Below are positions 51,557 through 63,342 of a DNA stretch of 64,000 nt, in pieces; positions within the stretch are counted from its first letter, which is position 1, and each line of letters starts with the position of its first letter. Source of the DNA: Marsupella aquatica (taxonomy: Eukaryota > Plantae > Marchantiophyta); assembly GCA_973895155.1 (NCBI GenBank), contig OZ316891.1, positions 29,990,331-30,054,330 on the forward strand, read 5' to 3'. The notes beneath the pieces were generated by a model. It did no database searches and was not told the origin of the DNA. It saw only the letters and a list, made by a program, of their open reading frames with translations. The position numbers were made by a program, and so were the translations under genes.

Positions 51557-52010
51557 TAGTCGAAGCTAGTTTCAGGTTTAAGTTATAATGGTTATCGTTC
51601 CCATGAATATGTACAGTGGTTATCGTTCTAGGACTATGTACTCCGAAGCTATAATGATATCTTTTTTTTTAAATAATTGCAATGACAAACCAGTTAGAGA
51701 ATACAATGCTGCCCAATAAGATTATCGACAACTCCATTCCCCCAGCAGGAACACCGCGATAGTCCGATATATGCAAAGTCCGATAAATTTATCGCATTAA
51801 TAAATGTGACAAAGGTTCTTCCTCATGGAATATAGAAGTCGATAAATTTATCGACAACTTCATTGGTGATTGACATTATCCTAACGAGCACACGCAACTA
51901 ATCTAATAACATGTCGTTGAGATCATCCTCATTTGGTGTTCTGGGAGGCTCTTCCTCAGTTTCTTCTTGTTCCTCTTCGGTCTTGTAGATAGGCAGTAAT
52001 TCCAAAGTCA

Positions 52011-55000
52011 TGAAGAAAACCGGAAAATTTTTAAATTTTTGAAGTAGTTAAACTATATTTGCTGATAACTCGAGTAAACTAAACTCTGCCGAAGATTAAG
52101 AGTTTAAGAGTTGAAGAGTTGAAGTGTTTAAGAGTTTACGGGTTTACGAGTAAACCCTACTTTAATAGTTTAAGAGTTTAAGAGTTGAAGAGTTGAAGTG
52201 TTTAATAGTTTAAGAGTTTAAGGGTTTACGAGTAAACCCTACTTTAAGACTTTACGACTTTAAGAGTTGCGACTTGCGAACTGGCGAGCCCCGCGATTGT
52301 GACAGGCTACGGCTAACTCCAACGGGACTTTGCAACAAAACGAGGAGCAGGCCTTGAAAGGGAAGGAATGCAAGACATAGGCGCTCACTCCTGACTTCTC
52401 TTCCGCTGCATCTTTCATCGCTCTCGACTCCAAACAATTCTTCACGTAGCTCAGTGAGCAGAATTTGAGCTATGGCTGACTTGAACGCTGATGCACAGTA
52501 TCGTGTTCAAACTCTGGCAATTCCTAAGAGTGTGGTCGCTCGAATTCCTTTGGCGCCCGACAGTTGTGAAAATTTGAGAACATCGTTATAGCAGCTCGGA
52601 TTGGAACATCTACTCGCAATCCCTTGGAATGTGGAGCTCGACTCTTATTTACAGGATTTTGTGAGAGGATCACTGATTGCCCCTGAATTTCGACAAACCA
52701 TTCGAGCTCGGCCAAGTTTATGGACAGTTGAGCAAGTAGCTCATGCCTTCCGCTGCCCCTTAGATGGAGAAGGATTATATTCAAAGAAAAAAGATTTGTC
52801 CACTCCTTACTTTTCAGGGATTCGCCATCCTACCAATGGCTGGAATGTGACACAATGTACCTATCCGGATTTGAGGATTCTTTTAGAATTTCTAGTGCCC
52901 ATTCTCCATCCGAAGAGACCAACTATCTGCCCTGTGGCATTGGCGAATACTATCGTAGCTTCTCACAGTGGAGCTATTCAAGTAAATTGGGCGTTGTTAC
53001 TTTTCAATGTGATGCACGATCAGGTGAGAAGTATGAAGGCAGGCAGACCTACTTGTCTACAAGTCTATCTATCTCAGCTGTATCAAGCACATGACTGTTT
53101 ACATCCGGAGGAGAAAACAGAAAGGGGATTACTTCTGATCGAGTTGGACATTGAGGAAGAAATTAGTGTAGCAGAATCAGAACAGGACATTCTGCTGAAT
53201 TCCACTGATCAGGATGTTAATATGGAGGATGTCTCGATAGATGGTTCGGAATTTCCCCCTGAACACAACATGGAGGTCATTTTATACTCTCCAAGAGAAA
53301 TCAGTGGAACAGATCGACTTGAAGCTGAAGGAGACGAGATTTTTCCTGAGCAACAAGAAGTCGTTGTTGAACCAACTATTACTGCCATACGAGGAGTCAC
53401 CATGCCCCCTTTTTCGAAAGCAGAGTCAAATCAGCAGCTTATTGATAAGTTAATCTCTCTCTTCGGTTGCAGTGATGTTGAACTCTACGATGTTGTCTGT
53501 GATTTGAGATCCGAGGCAGTTAGCTTATCCTCTCCATTTCCAGATCAGCTAACCCCTGTCAGGACCGCTTCTCCCATTGAGAGGTCAGCACCAGAAGAAT
53601 TTGTTGCTCTCACTCCTACTGTCCCACAGAATCTACCTCCAGAGCCAAGTGAACCTGTCTCAAGGATAGGAAACACAAGTTGTGTTGCAATTGTAACTGA
53701 CCTACTGGAATTGCTTCAGTGTGAACCTGAGGAGATAATCTCTGTGGTTAGTGACTTAATTCCGAAGTACACAGAATTCAAAGGCCCTTCCAACCCGGGT
53801 GACTGCATTTATAGTCCAGATTCCAATTATGAGCCAACCGAGGGACCTATTTATACCCAACCACAATATGAACATCCTTCTGTTAGACAGGATCTTCCTG
53901 AGGATTCTGATCCACCCTCTGATTTTGATTCCATCCGATCTTATGACAACTCTGTCGAGTCGTCACCAAGGCAAGGATTTGAGGATGTTGACACTACCTT
54001 AAGATCTGATCCAAATTTAGTGGCAGTTGTCACCTCCTCTACTCAAACACCCCGGTATTCTGTCATTGAGAAAAGATATACACGACATCCAGAGTCTCAA
54101 GTGCAGAGGTACGTGGAGACTTGTAAGATAATGCAGGCCAACAGACCCCCAATTGGAGAGTTTTGGAGATACTACTACCTTAAGAAGACTGAGGCCAGTT
54201 ACATATTTGACCTCAGAAGTTTCGGAACTTCAAGAGTGGAGATGGCTCAATTTGATGAGTTCTGGGCTGACTCAATCTACTTCCGACCCATCCTTGCTAT
54301 GATGCTACTTCAAGGGGATGTAGAAGTAGAAGATCCAGATTTGGTTTTGGCCTATTTCGGGAATTTTGCAGCTTACGCTCTGGACTTTGTGATTTCTTTT
54401 CTCATGCAGAGTAAGAAATCCACTTCTCACCAGAACTCTTACATCCCACGAGAGCCGAAGGTTGTCCTTGTTTCCACCAGTTCCCTAGCTGAGAAACAGA
54501 GGATCTGGAATAATGTCACTACTCAGACCCTGGCTCATTTCAACCGATATTTTAAGGATGTCAGATGGAGACTTCGACCCTTCTATTCCAGGATGATGAG
54601 TAGTGATGAGTTCCTGTTTCATTATCCTCAAGTGTATGCTGCCACCTGCAACAACTATGATGTACTAGGGATGTACAGAGAAGCTCTTCGTATAGATTCC
54701 TGTTATTTGATGAAGAGAATGCCTTTGATGTATCCTGAGAGACAACTAAGGTGCCTACCCTACTCTCGAGGATCACCACGTCAGACTAAGCTGATGGAGG
54801 TAACACAGAATCGGACTGTCACCTACGTGGAGCTGCTCGAACCCGATGATATTCGACAACAAGCTTGAAGGAGACTATCTTTTTAGCTAGTATTGAAAAG
54901 TATAGTACTTTTACCAATTTTTCTAAATGTGTTGTAGAGCTTTAAAAGCTATGAGACTTCTTTAGGCTGTAGTCTGTACCTAGGAAACCCTGCTGGAAAA

Positions 55001-56590
55001 ATTTCAGAGTTTTCCGAACCAGGAGTAGAAAGTTAAAAATAGTTGAATCTACTCAATTTTTAGTATACCGAAATTAAGAGTTTAAGAGTTTAAGTTTTTA
55101 CGTTTTTAAGAGTTTAAGTTTTTAAGAGTTTAAGAGTTCATACTTAGCCATTTTTTCCGGCTTTCCACTTATTGAATCGTCGTTTTGACTTTTTGAGGGT
55201 TATGAAGAGGCATGTCTCTTCGACCCTGTGACCTCTTATTCTGTAGTTCATCACTATTTATACCTCTTCCCCTAGTGTAGAGAGATGGTTAAGTTTTGCA
55301 GTTTTGCCTCTCCCTTGTGTTAAACTAGTTGATCATGAATCTATGAGTTCGAGATCAGGTTTAACATTTGGAGAGACTTACCTCCTTCTTGTATTTTGGA
55401 ACCCAAATACTTGAAGTAAAACCTCAGTTATGAATCTCGTGAATTATAATGTCAGATTCCGCTTTGGTGACACATTGTAATCTCACAAGTTCTTAGAGTT
55501 AACTCATTGAGTTTAAGTTACATTGGAAATGATGTTTTCACCTTCATGTTGCTTAGTACCATCTAAATGCTGAAGTATTTATCCTTTTAGATCTTGACTA
55601 AGTATCACTTAGGAAGAAAGGTCAAGACATGTTGCCGGCATTTTAAAAGGATACTCTAGTATGCAGTTTAGATCTGAAAAGCCGTGTGGATTTGGATTTC
55701 CTTAAAGTCATTCCATTATTACTTATGTCTAAGGAGTAACCTTGGTCTATTCCAGACTCCCTTAAGCATACTCTGAGAGATTTTTCCTTGTGTTTTGTTA
55801 ATTGCAATCTTTTGCTTAATTGAAGGTTATCTGATGTTGAGTTATCATCAAAAACTACTCACCGCTGTGGAGCGATCTTCAAAGTACCTGATTAAAGTAG
55901 TCAAGATTGATTACTATGTGTGACACAAGAGCTTAAGGCTTTATTTTTAGTTTATTTCATCAAACCAACCCAATCTTGTTCTTAACGGGAACGAATACCG
56001 AGTTTAGAGACGTAAAAGAGTTCTTTTGATTCTCTATAGCAAACTACATGAGATTTTTGGCGCCGCTGCCGGGGAACAAATCAAGGATGGTTTGAAGTAC
56101 AGGCAGTGAATGCCAAAAGGAGGTTAATTCAGTGAATCTGGAATAAACAAAAGAAAGGTGGAAGTTGACCATGGAACCCCAAGGAGAATGGGAGTTCCCT
56201 CCATTACAAATTCGATCTTTCACAATGGAAAATGCACCAGAGGCATTTAGGGAGAGATTTGGAGGTGAAACTCCTCCCTCAATTTTGGAAAGAAAGAGAA
56301 AAGCTAAAGCCAAGAAGGAAAGACGAAATGGGGCTTAGTGGGGGAATATCCTTCCCAAGAAAGAGATGGTGAGGAAAAGCAGACCTCAGAAAAGAGAAAG
56401 AGCCTTGATTAGGTCAAGGGATAATCAAACACACACGATTATCAGTGCCACTGCAAGAGAGAGAACAACTATTTTGAGAAGGCAGGTGTCCAACATCAGA
56501 GGAGGAAGCTACTTTTGGGGTGGCGAATTGGTGAAGGTTGACTCCTGGGACACCAATATTTTGTATGATTGTGTATTTGTATGCAATCGC
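52011..56590 (+). mobile_element. Truncated Gypsy (Athila/Tat-like) LTR-retrotransposon-derived insert; boundaries approximate
   Basis: PBS-like TGGCGCCGCTGCCGGGGA at ~56058-56075, shortly after ...AACTACA. ttaagag-type repeats at 52095-52265 and 55074-55140. The segment lacks the host element palindrome. Confidence 0.65.
52472..54868 (+). pseudogene. Retroelement-type accessory ORF (plant-mobile-domain-like N-terminus), one premature stop
   Basis: ATG 52472, in-frame TAG 52589, then 755 open codons. The N-terminus (IRARPSLWT...LLEFLVPILHPKRPT...NTIVAS..VNWA..YLSQLY) resembles, from memory, repetitive bryophyte TE proteins. Confidence 0.6.
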
Positions 56591-56663
56591 TTAGAAACCA
56601 ACAAAGGAATGCTAAAGCCGATAAAAATCTTGCGATAGAGCATGCTGTGAGAGGAATGCTTAC

Positions 56664-58865
56664 CGCGTCACTCAATTTCTCCGCCCATATGCCAAGGACC
56701 GAGACATTTGTTTCGTTGGGAAACATTTCTCTACATGTTGCCCAATCTGGCCTACCAGATATCTGCAAAAATAGTTTCTTCACCTTGGCAAGCTTTTTCA
56801 ACTTCTCACCTTCCTTGTGCATTTGATCCAAAGTGATCACCTTCCCGATAACCCTATTCAAGAGACGCTTGACATGCTCCTTATTTGACAGTCCTTGGAG
56901 ACCTCGAAATGAATTTAAGTTGAGGTCACCAGCAAGTTTATTCATTTTAATCTCCCTTACCGTCAAAGGTTTCACCTTTCCCTTTGCGTTCGTCGTTGCC
57001 ACAATTTTTTTGGGTTGTCCTAAGACAATACCTTTCTCCCGCATCTGGAAAATCTGCTCCTGAAGATCCCAAATTTCACCTGTTTGGAAAGCAATTTGGA
57101 AAGCCGGATCATGTTTGGCCATGGAGTCACGAACTCCTGGCGTGTACTCCATCATGCATTCTTGACAACATGCTTCGCGGACATCTTTAGTCGAGCCCAC
57201 ACCCATTTCAAGGAAAATATTGTGACAAGCGCGAACTTGGTCAATTTTAGTCATGTTCTTCCGATACTCCTGGTCATAGTTATGCTGGAAGCCTAACTTT
57301 CGGACCTCGGATCTCGTAAGCCCAGCGTAAACCCAAGCTTCCAGCTCACCATATATTTGCTTCCCGTACATTTTAAACAACTCAGACTTTGCCCGAGCAC
57401 CATGATTCCCTCCAATAATTCTATACTTCCATACCCTTGACTTCAGGATGTCCCAATCTGCGGTTGTGGGACAATCCTTCGGATCCACACACAGCACGAA
57501 CGGGGCACTGAAGTTGGTGGGGTTTTTCATGAGAAGTATCTTGATATTTTCCACATGCAATCTATCCACTGGTCTAATCAAAGTTGTCAAATCCCCCTCC
57601 TCATCAAATATGAGATTGTCGACATGCAGAAGCACAGTTGTCCTTTGCACCCTTCATTGCATCAGAAGACTGAGCTCTGCCTTGATCGCGTCCGTCTCAT
57701 ACATCGAAAGAGCCGTCTCCTCCTCCTGATCAGCCTACAAAAGCGTTGCAAATTCAATTAAGGAAAGAAACTGCGAGATTTTTATCGGAGTTCGCATTTG
57801 TTCAACATAACTCCACAATCCGCAATTCAGGAAATAAATAGCGAGATTTTTATCGGATTTCGTGTTTGTTAAACAGTACAACGACGTAGTACTTACCAAT
57901 GGCGTCGTAGGAACCGCGACTGGAACTGATGGAATTGACGGAGCTCTATCTACTTCTGCAGCCACCGTCTCAGTCCAGCCAGTCCTCTTCCTCTTTGTGC
58001 TAAGTCCAGAACCAGATGGCCCGGATCCCTCGGATCCTTTACTTTCGCTTGGTTTAACGGATGGTCCTTGATGGTTGCCCCGGCCTCTCCCACTACCGCC
58101 AGTTTCCTGGCTCTTCTTCCCACCGTCAGAGGTTCCCGCGGCATCTCCCTTGCCGCTACCTCTCCCTTTCCCTTTTCCACTTCCCGAAACCCGACCAGAA
58201 GTTGTAGGTTCGTCCACGTCAATATGTGTAGAGGATTGCAATGGTTCTTTCCGCCCCAATATTTTATCGGCATTAGAACCACCGCTTCCACTTGAACCTG
58301 GTTTCTTGAAAACAATTTTGCGGACAGGTTTGAACTCTTCACCCACAAGTCTCTTGTACTCTGCGTTCACCCTTGGAAGCATGATGGCATCACAATCTTG
58401 CACATACTGGCCGATCCAAGCCGAACCCATAACATTCATCTCTCTTGCTGCCCGAACATCGGCAACAAGGGGATCTTCTGGATAACTGTCCATCGATTTC
58501 TCATCAAAGTTATCGAGAGTAACAATGAGAGATGTGAAACCCTTGCGCCCACACATTGTCAAGAAACTAAGGCCCTCTGTCAACACTTTTCCCTCCCCGT
58601 GGCCAACCATGAACTCGACAACGGCAACAGCAATGACAGGGCCATACGAAACATTAACCTTTGCCGATTTTTGCAACTGGACCCAAAGGATTGGGGTAAC
58701 ACAGTCTTCGAAACCCGTGGACTGTAATCTGGCGTCACGGAAGTACCATGACTTCTTGATACACTTGATCTCTTCACAAATGTCTTCACTTGTCCAAATT
58801 GCATTGGTGAGGCTTGTCATGAGACTTTCTGCCTCAGCAGATCCACTCTTTCCACTAGCAGCCAT
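56664..58865 (-). pseudogene. ParB/Srx-like domain gene of the 15-kb element; 3' part lost at the retro insert
   Basis: Exon 1 58865-57897, intron 57896-57735, exon 2 57734-56664 with in-frame TGA at 57654-57656. Motif LHVDNL...IRPVDRLHVENIK...PFVLCVD...YRIIGGNHGARAK...LGFQHN. Confidence 0.75.
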
Positions 58866-59088
58866 GGAAAAGTCTGCAAATAAACAAATTCCAATGCAAA
58901 GAGCGATAAAATTATCGCCGCCAATCTCACAGCACATCTGGACACGACATCTCATCACACAAGGACAAAGAGACCGATAAAATTATCGCAAAAGTGAGCC
59001 TTCTTTAAATTGACGGCCGAGTGTACAGGTCGAAGAATCAGCTACGGAACCCTAAATCCAAAACCTTAAGGTTCCCTAAACCTAAACC

Positions 59089-59802
59089 CTAATCATAGTT
59101 GAACCTCGCCAGAGCGAAGCGTTCGATCCGCTTCTTGGGCCATTGGGGAATATGAGTGACGCAATGATCATAAGCCCACAGCCAATGGAAATCAACTTCA
59201 CCAGTCTCAGGATTCACTACTGCTACTGAATACCGGCGTGACGGAATGTCACGACAAGCATGTGTGCAACATGGACAGATCTCACCATTGGCAAGGACGT
59301 TCGTCCACAGGCAACTTACATAGATCAAGTTAAAGAGCCCACAGACCGGCTGGGGGGGGAGTTGACGAATCTTGTATGAATATAGTTTCCCACCAGTGTC
59401 AATAAAAAACTCGGTGGCAAGAGGATTGTCCAGCTCGTCAATCATATCCTGAATCTCATCGAATGCTCTACGTCTGTTGTCGGCATAGAATTCTGGCTCA
59501 TAAGCAGGATTGCCCTTCACAACATGACAATAGTGGAGTATAAAATGTCTTACTGCACCGGTTTTCAGAAAGAGTAGGATAACTCTTCTAGAAAATCCAA
59601 CATATCTATCCCACCGAATATAAATTTCTCCCCCTACCTGATCTACGTAGAAGTGAAATGCGTTATGGTAAAACAGTTTTACTACCAGCCTGCATATCTT
59701 TAAAATTAGTGACTCATCCAGCCTCCTTAGCTGGTCCAGCATGGCTCCATTCCCCCATTCTGGAGGATCCGGGAAGGGTACAAAAATGCGTCGCTCAAGC
59801 AT
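59089..59802 (-). CDS. Cargo ORF of unknown function (237 aa; C-terminal CPCC..C...DHC)
   Basis: Intact ATG-to-stop ORF with protein-like composition, inside the TIR-bounded element. Confidence 0.55.
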   Translation of the reverse strand: MLERRIFVPFPDPPEWGNGAMLDQLRRLDESLILKICRLVVKLFYHNAFHFYVDQVGGEIYIRWDRYVGFSRRVILLFLKTGAVRHFILHYCHVVKGNPAYEPEFYADNRRRAFDEIQDMIDELDNPLATEFFIDTGGKLYSYKIRQLPPQPVCGLFNLIYVSCLWTNVLANGEICPCCTHACRDIPSRRYSVAVVNPETGEVDFHWLWAYDHCVTHIPQWPKKRIERFALARFNYD

Positions 59803-60094
59803 GGCCTGATCACCGAATAGAAATCAGGAATAAATTTTGGAGAACATACTAATTACAATTCTACAAGTTTCATCCAACTTTACAGTACCTTGTATAACGG
59901 GCTGTGAAGCCAATGCACTTGTCAGCTAATCGTCCGAAGAGGCGCAAAAAAATACACTCTGGACCACACAACTCGAAGTCAGGGGAGGCAGAGTCAATTA
60001 TATTCAAAGTGTTTCTTTACAAGCACCCAAAATCGACTAGAGGAATGAGGAGTGCGATAAATTTATCGGATGTTCGCTGCAATGCCTCATCCAC

Positions 60095-60646
60095 TCAGAC
60101 TCGTCCATGCCATGCAAGAATTGTCCGCTTCCCGCTTTCTCCAAGATTCACCCAAACTCTAAGAAACGCATCTAATCGGTCATACGAGAAGCACCCAAGC
60201 ATATCTATGGGAGGGAGGAAATGAGTTTCCTCTCGGAAGACCCTAGCAATATGTAGGTCAAATGAGAGAAGGACGGCATTAGGAATGCTTGCGAGCATTT
60301 TGTTGATGTCATTGATCTCACGGACTGCATATTTCAATAGCGCCCAAAATCATGTACCAACAACAAGATGGTTCCATTTCTTCGAGGTGGCTCCAAGACA
60401 AATGATTGTTCTCATTCGAGTCAGTCGTTCTTCTAGTAGAAGTTTTAGGTCAAGGCCAAGGTGTTCATCTTGTGTGCAAGACAAGGCTAGGAGGGGCCAA
60501 ATGTGAGATTCAACGAGTTCATCGGGAAGTCCATTCAACAAACTTCCGCATTCCACACCGGGCACTTTTCCTCGAATATATTTCCTACGCTCGTGGGCTA
60601 AAACGGATCCCATCTTTGCAATGATTAGATTCTCCGATGCAGCCAT
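60095..60646 (-). pseudogene. F-box-like cargo gene with an in-frame stop
   Basis: LLNGLPDELVESHIWPLL...CLGATSKKWNHLVVGT*FW fits the F-box pattern; TGA at 60350-60352 is in frame with ORF 60095-60337. Confidence 0.55.
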
Positions 60647-61778
60647 GAAGCAGAGCTACCAAAACCACCAATAAAAATACCTTCAATCACCAGGTGTAAC
60701 CAAACACAGTACCAACCCTGCACGACAGTTTAACGATTAGGACTCGTGACGTATTATATTCGCTGCGCAAGGGTAGGACTTGTTTATTTAAATATGTCCT
60801 TCCAAGATGCGCCTCAATGAAAAGGTCGAAACACTCATCGTGAAAGGTTCACCCAAGGGTCTTCGTTCCAAATCTTACAACAGAAGTGAGCCTGTTTGTG
60901 GTACTTGTTATCAAGACGACGACAACAATAGTTACAAGAAAACTCCAAAGAATGTAAACACGCCGTTAACATCAACCTCGAACGAATTGGAACTCGTGCA
61001 TCATTCATTCCGCAGAATTCAATGCGGAGAGGATTCTGCCTATCTCCAGGATCAGTACCACCCATCCACAATGCTCCTATACCGATGGGGAGAACTTTGA
61101 GTCGCACGAGTCTCTTGTACAACCGGCGTGCACGTTTGACACGATTTTCAAGGAAGACAGCCATTTGTCACAATACCTGTTGTCCACGGAGTGCAATCGA
61201 CCTTCCGTTGTGCCTCCTGAACCCGGCAACACTGCGACATCAGAGATGAAGATGAGTCTCCAAACAAAACAAAGGAAAATGATTCTCACAGGAGGATGCG
61301 ATAAGTTTATCGCACTCCACATTCGAATTGAAAATATGACTTCCTCAAACACCTAAGCCCTGAATTCAATCTTTCACAAAAATGACAACTCCGATAAATT
61401 TATCGGATTCTCAATTACTCCTCTTTCCATGAAAGGAATGGAGACTCCGATAAATTTATCGGAATGAAGGCAACACCTCTCTAAACACATTGGATCAAAT
61501 GATTGCAACAGAGGAATGCAAAATGCGATAAATTTATCGCAGTCCGCTCGGATCTGGATATTTTACACTAAATGACTAGTTAGTCTTACATGGAGAACTT
61601 GAACAGGAATGGCTGTTCCGATAAATTTATCGGGTTTTCGGTAGAAAGAGTCAAATCGCTTGGGAGGAATGTAAGACTTGATGGGAGTTTGGTATTCGCT
61701 CTCAGTCAGGAGATATTTGCTCTGGCGAAAGCAAACATTTTATGGGCAGCCTGCTCCTCTTTATATAGGAGACGCTCT

Positions 61779-61841
61779 AAACCATGGTTAATTTCCCCTT
61801 AACCATGGTTAATTTCCCCTTAACCATGGTTAAGTTCCCCT
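61779..61841. repeat. 21-bp subterminal repeat x3 carrying palindrome TTAACCATGGTTAA, next to a minus-strand TATA (61760-61767)
   Basis: Directly visible. Confidence 0.85.
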
Positions 61842-63342
61842 TTTACCTGGGTTAGTGCATGGTCGTTCCTGGATTACGCGGTTCGGACCAAGTTACTCGC
61901 AGTTCGGACTTTTTCACTGACGGAATGTAAAACCCGATGCACGTATCGCTCCCTGCATTCCCGCGGCGATGCAATGGAGGAAAGTGGCGTTTCAGAGAGT
62001 TTTTGCCAGTTTTATCGGTCATTGCATTGCCTTAGAAAAAAAACGGGATCGGGCTAAACGAGAACTCCGACACACTTCTCGGTCGGTCCGAAATCGTGTT
62101 TAGCACACGTCGGGATTGGAGTTGCGCTTATAGCAGTGACCCAAACAGCGACAGAGAATACTCTGAGGGACTGAGGGTGTGTCAATCAGCGCCAACAAAT
62201 CATAGTGAGTTTATCTAGATTTCCAAAATGCTGACTGGTTTCTGGTGAAGTTCCTATCACGCCCTCCAGTCTGAAACAGAGCGCGGGAGCAGAGCAGATT
62301 AGAGCAGAGCAGAGCAGAGAGTGGAAAGCTCCAAAGTCTAGTAGTTTAGTTGGGACACAACCCATACAGTGCTATTTCTCTTGTTGTCATGCATGGTGGA
62401 GCGGTACCTCTTGTTCTGCTCTCTCCTCCTCCACTCTGTCTCTGTGAGCGCTTGCTTTGGTCGGGGCTTTGATGCGTCTTTTGATTTAACTACCTTCGTG
62501 GGTTGAAGCATTTTGTTGAAGCTCCGCGCATCAATGTCAGCTATGTTAAATTTATGCTTTGTAAGGTCAAGTTGTTCGCACCTAGGTCAAAGCTCTCGCG
62601 CGAAGAAATTCTAGCTTTAGCTTGCTACTACATTTGGTAAAGCTTAGCTTTAAAACTCTATCTGTGCTTGGGCTTTTCGAGCAGTCGGTGATCATTGAAT
62701 TTGATGTACTGAAGTTTTGGGAATTATGGCTCCTGTAGTTAGCTTGACCTATCATTCATTTTGTTGTAACAGGTTTGGAGGTGGGCCAAGGCCGGGGCTC
62801 AACGCTTGTCTACTAGTATCGTATTTGGCCGCGGGGTTACATCACTCAGATAAGGTGACACATCATTTTGCATATTAATTGTTTCTCCTTCTCAGCTATT
62901 TTATGATATGATTTGCGACTACTCTCATCTACTTTGTAATTGCCAATGCAGTCCTGTAGTGTCATTCCGAGTCTCGTTTCTTTTATTGAATGGATTTGTT
63001 TGTCTTCTCCGCAGGTGAAGTGCAAGGGCTGCCCGGAAAGTGTGAGTTGTCTTGAAAGTTTAGGCACATTCAGGTCCGGGATTCAGGTTCTTGGCGTCAA
63101 TTGTCGTGACTGTGAGTAGAAGTCCCAGTAGAAGTCAATCTATAAGCAATATGTCACGTGAGACAAAGGTCAATGCCATATGGACCCTTTCTGTGCAAGT
63201 CATAGGGGCATTTGTGTGCTCTGCAGTCAGATTGTGTACTGAAAATTTACTGTGGACTCTGTTGGGTTTGCTTAGCCAACTATTTTGATTTTTGCATGAA
63301 ATTTTGGAGCGATTCATCGCTCTTGCGCGTCCACCCCTAGAG

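Larger units (their letters stand above)
46966..62100 (+). mobile_element. 15.1-kb Sola-like cargo-carrying DNA transposon
   Basis: 25-bp TIRs with one mismatch: AACACGATTTCGGACCGAACGAGAA (46966-46990) and TTCTCGGTCGGTCCGAAATCGTGTT (62076-62100). 4-bp TSD TAGC (46962-46965, 62101-62104). 4-bp TSDs are the established Sola signature. DDD transposase inside. Confidence 0.92.

Noticed and set aside
56044-56313. Methyltransferase motif I (ILDLFPGSG) in a minus-strand ORF
   Set aside because: It is the antisense translation of the retrotransposon PBS (tggcgccgctgccgggga gives PGSGAKN), not an MTase exon.
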